Shown here: positions 57,835 through 64,000 of the stretch, in pieces
Layout of the letters: each line of letters opens with the position of its first letter
How positions within the stretch are numbered: position 1 is the first letter of the stretch
From: a virus
Reading direction: 5' to 3' (one strand)
IMG/VR virus record: IMGVR_UViG_3300028377_000005
Location: 32,001 to 96,000 of that record
Length of the DNA stretch: 64,000 nt
Notes under the pieces: model-generated
Databases searched by the model: none
Told to the model about the DNA's origin: nothing
The model's input: only the letters and a program-made list of their open reading frames with translations
Made by a program: the position numbers and the translations under genes

Positions 57835-58353
57835 TTAGCTCCGAAGGTAATCAATGGTGTCTTGGTCAACCTTTTTTGGTCCCTCTTTGACAACCACTTC
57901 AAAGTTTTTCGGGGTGATTTCGATCACCTGTTCCACATCTGTATCTTCGACACCGGTAGGTAGCTTGATGGACTTTTCACCAGTGGACGTCTTGACCCGG
58001 ATCTTTTTCTTGTCCCGGAAAGGATTCGACGAGCGGTCTAGGAGTTCAACTTCCTGTTGGACCCAACCAGTTTCGTCGGCTTCACCTTTCTTGATAGGCT
58101 TCCCGTCCTTGTCAACACGACCTTTAGGTACCTTGTTGGCAACCTTGATCTCACTGTCGTCTTCGGGGCCGTCTGTACCAAATAGCTTACCAAGCACGCC
58201 GCCCACATTAAACCTATCCCCTACGCCGAACATAAGCATAAGCACCGCAACTAACACGACACCGATCGATATGATAAGGGCTACCGGATAACGAAGCAGC
58301 CAAGTATAAGCCGTTTTGAAAGCCGCTTTTGTTTTTTGCCAGATGGAATCCAT
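57835..58353 (-). CDS. Single-TM membrane protein
   Basis: N-terminal TM VALIISIGVVLVAVLMLMF followed by charged domain. Confidence 0.7.
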   Translation of the reverse strand: MDSIWQKTKAAFKTAYTWLLRYPVALIISIGVVLVAVLMLMFGVGDRFNVGGVLGKLFGTDGPEDDSEIKVANKVPKGRVDKDGKPIKKGEADETGWVQQEVELLDRSSNPFRDKKKIRVKTSTGEKSIKLPTGVEDTDVEQVIEITPKNFEVVVKEGPKKVDQDTIDYLRS

Positions 58354-58445
58354 GTTGGCCTCTTTGGTTCGCGATTGTTACAAACCGCGATCTATAAACA
58401 GATACTCGATCCGAGATCTCCCGTCAAGGAGAGCGAGAAATAACA

Positions 58446-58490
58446 CCCTGACCGATACGTGATCAAGCGCATCGGTCAGGGCTTTTTGTT
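58446..58490. terminator. Probable bidirectional terminator
   Basis: CCCTGACCGAT...ATCGGTCAGGG with T-rich flanks on both strands. Confidence 0.6.
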
Positions 58491-58786
58491 TACTCTTCGG
58501 GCAGCGCTTTAGTTTCGGCCTTGGCGTCTTTCTTGCTTTTGAAAAAGTCAGCCACGGGACCGGTAAATTTCTTACCGCCGTTGTAGGCAAGAAGTCCCCA
58601 GAATGCGTCCATAAGGTATGGGGGCATGGTTGACGCCGTTGCCCACATATAAACCATCATCCCGAAAACGATCCAGTTCATCGATCGTCCAAGGGATAGG
58701 TGGCCGTCTTCAAGCAAAACAGACCCGAACTTGATCTCCTTGAAACGATCTAGCCAGTCCTTAAAAATGTTCTTGTCTTTTTCCAT
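58490..58786 (-). CDS. Holin-like small membrane protein
   Basis: 98 aa, two hydrophobic segments after LSLGR, basic C-terminus. Confidence 0.5.
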   Translation of the reverse strand: MEKDKNIFKDWLDRFKEIKFGSVLLEDGHLSLGRSMNWIVFGMMVYMWATASTMPPYLMDAFWGLLAYNGGKKFTGPVADFFKSKKDAKAETKALPEE

Positions 58787-58797
58787 TGCGTCACCTG

Positions 58798-59925
58798 TTA
58801 AGTTATGTAGGGTAAGTGCAGGGTAAAGGTCGTTCCTTGACCGGGTTCACTATCGACCTCGATGCTCCCCCCTGCATCCATTACGAATTGATAAATAAAA
58901 TACCCACCAAGTCCGGTGCCCGTGTCTCGTTCTCGCGTCGTAAAGTAAGGTGCAAATACGTTTTGGGTGGCCTCTTCGTCCATCCCGCAACCATTATCTT
59001 CGAACTCCATAACCACGCAGTGATGGTGGTGTGTTTTTTCACATGCTCGGGTTCTGATTTCCATCCGGGCATCGGTGGCCAAGTGATCTGTGGCGCGGAT
59101 AGCATTGTCAAACAGGTTAGTGAGCGTCTGGTAAAACCGGGATTTACTCAACCGGACTACTTTGCCTACACCGTATTCGATATCAGCCTCGAAATGGCCG
59201 ATGTACCTCTTGCCGGGTTCGATGTAGAACATCGTGCGGCAATAATGCTCAATGCTGTGGCCTAGATCGATCCGGTCATGCTGTTCGTTGAGTTCACGAA
59301 TAGGTTCGGTCATATTGTTCAGGATCTCTGAGACGCGCCCTAACGTGTCCATGACCTTATCTGCCACTGCACCTTGTTCCCCTTGCTGAAGCACCTCTGT
59401 ATATCCCCTAGCGATTGCTAATGGTGTTTTGAGTTCGTGGGAGATACCGAAGAGCATGATCTGTAAGCGTTCGGCCCATTTGCGTTCTTCACGGGCCACG
59501 AGGACTTCCTCATTCACCTGAAGGCTTTCAAGAAGGACGAGGCAATAGCCCTCTTTCGGATGCTTGTAGATGCGGAGCATTGTGGGGTCTGCGAGGCCCT
59601 GTAATTGGATACCATGAGCCGCAAAAGGTTGGAGCGTGGTTTCCACTTCAAGGATATGTTTGAAGGTGCCGCGATCTTCAGGGACAAGGAACGCCGCGAA
59701 GTCCATACCCACATTTTTTTCAAGGCCACCTTTGAAAAAAATGTGGGCTGTCTTGTTGAAGTGCTGGATCTTGCCGTTCATGTCAGTGACAACGGCAAGA
59801 TTGATGTTGTTGCGGTAACTTGGGAGGGAAGTAAGGCCCGACGTTAGACGTTTAGCTCGCTTTATCAGCCACCATTTCCGAAAGGAACTGAGCCAGTTTT
59901 GCAGATGAGAAATGATCTTTTTCAT
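58798..59925 (-). CDS. Sensor histidine kinase (PAS-HisKA-HATPase)
   Basis: PAS-like VTDMNGKIQHFNKTA; H-box SHELKTPL; N-box NLFDNA; G1 DNGCGM; F-box FAPYFTT; G2 GTGLG. Confidence 0.93.
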   Translation of the reverse strand: MKKIISHLQNWLSSFRKWWLIKRAKRLTSGLTSLPSYRNNINLAVVTDMNGKIQHFNKTAHIFFKGGLEKNVGMDFAAFLVPEDRGTFKHILEVETTLQPFAAHGIQLQGLADPTMLRIYKHPKEGYCLVLLESLQVNEEVLVAREERKWAERLQIMLFGISHELKTPLAIARGYTEVLQQGEQGAVADKVMDTLGRVSEILNNMTEPIRELNEQHDRIDLGHSIEHYCRTMFYIEPGKRYIGHFEADIEYGVGKVVRLSKSRFYQTLTNLFDNAIRATDHLATDARMEIRTRACEKTHHHHCVVMEFEDNGCGMDEEATQNVFAPYFTTRERDTGTGLGGYFIYQFVMDAGGSIEVDSEPGQGTTFTLHLPYIT

Positions 59926-60238
59926 AGACTTGCTCCCCCGTGTCTTGTGCGGCAATGAATTCCGGGCTTTGTTGGTGGCAGCCAGTCAAGAAAATGACAG
60001 GAGGGTAATAGTCGTGGTTGTGCAACCACTGGTAGAAGTCAAGCCCTCCCTCCCCATTGATGATCAGATCAATGATAACAGCGTCGGGTTCACCGTGTTC
60101 GATCATATAGGCTTTGGCGCGGTTGATAGCATGTGCTTTTTCCGTGCAAATTTCTACGTCGAAACGGGCCGACAATGTGACCTTGAGCATGGTCGCCATT
60201 TCACTGTCGTCTTCAATCACGAGCACTTTGGGCTTCAT
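59852..60238 (-). CDS. Single-domain response regulator (receiver)
   Basis: VLVIEDD, IIDL (phospho-Asp), GLDF, PVIFLTG, EK; GGAG RBS. Confidence 0.9.
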   Translation of the reverse strand: MKPKVLVIEDDSEMATMLKVTLSARFDVEICTEKAHAINRAKAYMIEHGEPDAVIIDLIINGEGGLDFYQWLHNHDYYPPVIFLTGCHQQSPEFIAAQDTGEQVYEKDHFSSAKLAQFLSEMVADKAS

Positions 60239-60254
60239 AAACTACTCCGGTACG

Positions 60255-60704
60255 TTAATCGGTAGAAGGCTTGCCTACTACTTGAGAATCGGGATCTCCG
60301 TTCGCTTTTTCTATCTTCAGGTCCGTGTTGGCAATGTACAGAGATACGGCCCCGGCTGCTAATGAAATCAGCAGAGGCCAAACCCACTTGAGCATCTTCA
60401 CTGAGCCTTGGATCTCTTTGATGGAGTCCCGGTTTTCTTGGCTGTTTTTGCCTGCTTTTTCGATCGTGGTATTTTGATTTCTGAGAGTCTCTTCCACACG
60501 GGAAAGTGTACTACTTACCTCCCCCACATCCGAAGAAATGTTCCCGAGCGCCTTTTCTTGCTTCTCCATGTCACTGTGGACTTGGGAGATAAACTTGAAT
60601 AGCTGATCGTCACGTGTTTTGCGTACCGATTTTTCGGCAATCAAACGCTCTTCCATCCGGGTCAGACGTTCTTTTACTCCATCAATTTTGTCGTCATCTG
60701 CCAT
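60255..60704 (-). CDS. Coiled-coil protein with C-terminal TM (typical of lysis-adjacent genes)
   Basis: Heptad-rich region then WVWPLLISLAAGAVSLYIA. Confidence 0.65.
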   Translation of the reverse strand: MADDDKIDGVKERLTRMEERLIAEKSVRKTRDDQLFKFISQVHSDMEKQEKALGNISSDVGEVSSTLSRVEETLRNQNTTIEKAGKNSQENRDSIKEIQGSVKMLKWVWPLLISLAAGAVSLYIANTDLKIEKANGDPDSQVVGKPSTD

Positions 60705-60716
60705 AGCGCCCCCGGC

Positions 60717-60887
60717 TTATTCTCTGAGACGTTGCGTTAATTTACGAAGCTGTTCCCGTAACTCTTTGCTTTGGTCATCCGTTAAATTAGGCCCTGCCAA
60801 CTGACTCCGCACTTGGTCCATCCGTTTACGAATCGACTGGCGCTGTTTTTCAGTTGACAGGTCACTTAGTTTAATTTTCCGAATCAT
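60717..60887 (-). CDS. Small helical protein (56 aa, not in ORF track)
   Basis: MIRKIKLSDLSTEKQRQSIRKRMDQVRSQLAGPNLTDDQSKELREQLRKLTQRLRE; GAGG RBS. Confidence 0.6.
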   Translation of the reverse strand: MIRKIKLSDLSTEKQRQSIRKRMDQVRSQLAGPNLTDDQSKELREQLRKLTQRLRE

Positions 60888-60895
60888 TACTTACC

Positions 60896-63800
60896 TCAGC
60901 AATGGTCGTCAGTGGGGGGAGCAATTGGTCCCGAAGGGTCACGTCCTCGGAGGGCTTCAACGTCACCCTTTACATTGCGCATTCGCTTCTGTAACGGGCG
61001 GCCTTCGATTCGATAACGATCGGCGGCGCAATACCCTTCACCTGCTCCCATCGGATGCATCTGAATCAAGAGGTCTACAAACTCTTTAGTGTAATCTCCG
61101 GTCAAGTCCAATTCTTCACCAAGCGTCATGCCGGTCAGAACAAGCATCTGGACTTCATCGCCGAAGCTCGCTTTCAGATCATCGTCAGTAACGACTTCGC
61201 TTTTGTTGCGCACCAAGAAAGCTACACCAAACAGGACGGCCCCATGCATCTTGAGGTTTTTAGCATCCGGGTTGTTCAGGTACGGGAGGTCTTTGTAAGT
61301 ACGTCCACCCGACATAACAACCGCACCACCGGGTTTACTACCGCTTGCTGTCATAACGGTACCACCACGCAATGTGCGGTAAAGCTCATGGGTGTGTTCG
61401 TATTGCAAACCGCTGGTTCCGTCGCTGAATACCATCGCACCACTAAGGGTCGTTTTGCTGAGGCGGCGATCACTATGGTAATCACCAAGAGTTTCCATTG
61501 ACACGTCCGGTGTCCAGAACCGCTTGTAATCGCCCTGAACGCCTTCGCCGATGAACTGGTAGTCACTAACCATCAACCCGAGAGGCAAGCGCTCAGTGAC
61601 GCCCCCAAGGGTTTCAGATAGTGAGGGAGCTACCGTCTCCCCCGATTGCGTGTAGGGGTGTGCCCTAGACAGAACCTTACGGTCGTCGTCGGTTAGCGCC
61701 TCAAAAGGATAACCCGACAAGTCAAGGTACCCAATGTCTGTATACGACCCCGGAACCACGGGACCACTGACGACGCCTGTTCCTAGAGTTGTAGCGAAGG
61801 GCAAAGCTGCTAGGATCTCTAGCGTGCCGGGGTTAGACACACGCACGTCTTCTTCGACATCGAAAGACGTCAAGAGGTCAAGCACATTGGCTTGGCTTTC
61901 GGTGTTACGCTTCGGGGTGTAATCCACGTAATCCACCGAAGACGTGTCCGTTGTCGCTGTCGGCATCGTACCATAGATCGAACCTTGATACGGCACCCGC
62001 GTATTAATCAGAAAGAACTCATCGCCAGTTTCCGCTGGCCCGTTCACGAACATTTGGAAACTGTTCGAAAGCGCCGTGGAGGTAATGGTTCGTTTGTGAA
62101 TGCGCATCAGGTCCGCTTTCCAATCATCGAAAAGGAACGCGGCAAACTCAAACACTAGGGGTTGCCCCTCTAGGTCATCGCTTAAATAGTTCTGGTCAAG
62201 AGCGTCTTCTGGGATCACGAACGTGTTGTCATCCGTGATAATCAAAGAACGACGCTCCGCATCCGTCCGCAAAATGTTTGGGCGGTCTACACCCGAGGCA
62301 ACACGATGTTGCGGACCGGAAAAGATACTGCTGCCCGGCGAAATATTGTAGTAATCATCTTGCGTATGTGCTGCGAACAGGCGAGCAACACCGAAATGAG
62401 CCGGAAGTTCAATCCCCCGGACACCACCTTTGTTATAGTAACGGCAAACAAGAGCGCTTTGACCTCCGGGACCGCTACCAACTCCCGCCAAATCGAGGTA
62501 GCTTCCGAAGTCTGTATCCGTCATATTGACAGGATCGTATACGGCCACCATTTTCTGGGACAAAAAGTTAGCCGTATTGAGGTCGGGACTACCCGATAGG
62601 AACGTACAGTTTAGCCCGTAAGCCGGTTCTGTCGAAGTTGCAGGCACTGACGCCTTGGACTTGACAAAAGGAATGTCAATCCGTCCTAGCGAGGGTCGAA
62701 GCTCTTTGGGAACCACAACACTAGCATCGGAATCACCCGGTACTAGATTGAATTCACCTGTGGGGTCCGTATAGGAGATAGCACTCGGGTTGCTTTGGAG
62801 GTCGAGACGTGCCGATACATTGCGCACAGGCTGGTAAAGGACCGTTTTAGACCCTCTATCCACATAGGCTTCTGCCCATACGGATTCAGGGCCTTTCGCA
62901 ACATCTTGGGGATCCCGAACCTGCAGTTCTTTGTTCTGTTTGTGCGGGTAAGCCGTCAAAGATACAACAGGGCTTTTCTTTACCGTGGCTGCAGGGGAAT
63001 CAGCAACATTTTGGTAGTCGTTTTCCCGGAGGTAATTAGCCCCAACGCCCGGATTTAGTTCAACATGCAATGCTTCATCCGGGACACGGCTGAGGCCGCG
63101 AGCCGGGTGGTACAGAAGATCATACGACACATTAAGCGACGACTCGACCGCCGTGGCTGTTGCATTGGTGAGGACAATTGCCATGTCCTCATCATTCTCG
63201 TGGCATTCCGTAAGGCGGAGCGACCATGTACGGTTGTCCGTGTTGGCCGAGAAACCTGTTGTTCCTCCATCTGCGGCAACCACCTCAAGGTTGCCACTAC
63301 CATCGACTCCGGTGATTCGGAACGCACCGTGGTTTTCAGGGTGCGTTGAAGTTGCCGTAGACCCTGCTGTGATCAGGATCCACGCACCGGCATTGAGCAA
63401 CGCTGTTTCATCCGCCGCCGTAAAAGTGGTCCCTGAGATTTGAACTACATCAGGAGTGCCGGGTACAAAAGTAAGATCATTTTGGCCTTCTGAAGAAACC
63501 GAAAGACCATCGACCTTCGATCCGAGGACCATAAACCAAGGATCGGCGTCCGTGGATTCCAGTGTCAAGGGAGCGTCTTTGCCTGCCGCACCATCAGCCG
63601 GGTCGGTGTCGCCAAACCAAATACGCACAGGGCTGTGACTAGATCCGTCGTACTCAAACGGATGTACGAAACGCACTTTACGGTTGTTGGGTGCCGACAA
63701 CGGGAACGTAGCGCGGTACTGATCAAGGTCGAGAAGGACTACATCATTTTGGCCCCAATTCTCAGCGCTTGAGGAGTTATAGCGATGAATAGTGGCATTG

Positions 63801-64000
63801 GGGTTTAGCGTCAGATCAGACGAATCTTCCGACGAACCCGAAGTACCCAACACCATCAGGTTATTGGGCTGCAGGGTACTGGCGTCACTGAACACTTTGC
63901 GCTTCCCATCGGGAGCGTCAGCTTTGATTGTATAGTCTGGCGCTACCGAACCCGCCCCGAAATAGTCGATCTGGAAATGTTTACGGCCTTTCACATTAGC
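60896..64000 (-). CDS. Large probable virion structural protein (5' truncated)
   Basis: Frame open to window edge, >1030 aa, beta-rich acidic composition like ORF 10928. Confidence 0.65.
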   Translation of the reverse strand, partial: ANVKGRKHFQIDYFGAGSVAPDYTIKADAPDGKRKVFSDASTLQPNNLMVLGTSGSSEDSSDLTLNPNATIHRYNSSSAENWGQNDVVLLDLDQYRATFPLSAPNNRKVRFVHPFEYDGSSHSPVRIWFGDTDPADGAAGKDAPLTLESTDADPWFMVLGSKVDGLSVSSEGQNDLTFVPGTPDVVQISGTTFTAADETALLNAGAWILITAGSTATSTHPENHGAFRITGVDGSGNLEVVAADGGTTGFSANTDNRTWSLRLTECHENDEDMAIVLTNATATAVESSLNVSYDLLYHPARGLSRVPDEALHVELNPGVGANYLRENDYQNVADSPAATVKKSPVVSLTAYPHKQNKELQVRDPQDVAKGPESVWAEAYVDRGSKTVLYQPVRNVSARLDLQSNPSAISYTDPTGEFNLVPGDSDASVVVPKELRPSLGRIDIPFVKSKASVPATSTEPAYGLNCTFLSGSPDLNTANFLSQKMVAVYDPVNMTDTDFGSYLDLAGVGSGPGGQSALVCRYYNKGGVRGIELPAHFGVARLFAAHTQDDYYNISPGSSIFSGPQHRVASGVDRPNILRTDAERRSLIITDDNTFVIPEDALDQNYLSDDLEGQPLVFEFAAFLFDDWKADLMRIHKRTITSTALSNSFQMFVNGPAETGDEFFLINTRVPYQGSIYGTMPTATTDTSSVDYVDYTPKRNTESQANVLDLLTSFDVEEDVRVSNPGTLEILAALPFATTLGTGVVSGPVVPGSYTDIGYLDLSGYPFEALTDDDRKVLSRAHPYTQSGETVAPSLSETLGGVTERLPLGLMVSDYQFIGEGVQGDYKRFWTPDVSMETLGDYHSDRRLSKTTLSGAMVFSDGTSGLQYEHTHELYRTLRGGTVMTASGSKPGGAVVMSGGRTYKDLPYLNNPDAKNLKMHGAVLFGVAFLVRNKSEVVTDDDLKASFGDEVQMLVLTGMTLGEELDLTGDYTKEFVDLLIQMHPMGAGEGYCAADRYRIEGRPLQKRMRNVKGDVEALRGRDPSGPIAPPTDDHC

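Noticed and set aside
1-64000. Stop-codon reassignment
   Set aside because: Standard code gives dense, full-length genes, and TAA, TAG and TGA all appear as ends of credible genes.

Overview
This window looks like a 64-kb segment of a large (jumbo-type) contractile-tailed phage genome. Bases 1-28.8 kb (+ strand) are mostly a baseplate/tail module: hub with lytic transglycosylase, Gp5/VgrG-like spike, a 2322-aa virion protein, gp25-, J- and I-like wedge proteins and a fibre-associated protein. Accessory genes interrupt it: a four-gene paralogue array, a cyclic-phosphate receiver domain, a SLOG protein and thioredoxin. Bases 28.8-57 kb (mostly - strand, with sigma70-like promoters) carry RNA repair genes (Rnl1-type ligase, split Pnkp kinase and phosphatase, 2H phosphoesterase), a + strand island with topoisomerase IB, IF-1, dCTP deaminase, PhoH, a Ycf46/DUF1257/DUF2997-like cluster and a replication module (Pol A, primase zinc-finger protein, DnaB, SNF2). 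Bases 57-64 kb hold membrane/lysis-like genes with an embedded two-component system and a truncated large virion gene. Most notable are (i) an unannotated 40-aa ORF with a lasso/RRE-type RiPP leader and a Cys/Gly/Pro-rich core, (ii) a histidine kinase and receiver inside a late lysis-like operon, (iii) a shared N-terminal leader on proteins next to TopIB, (iv) the paralogue array and (v) a hairpin-embedded antisense promoter. All family calls are from motif recognition by eye; no database searches were run. No tRNA, rRNA or CRISPR array was seen.
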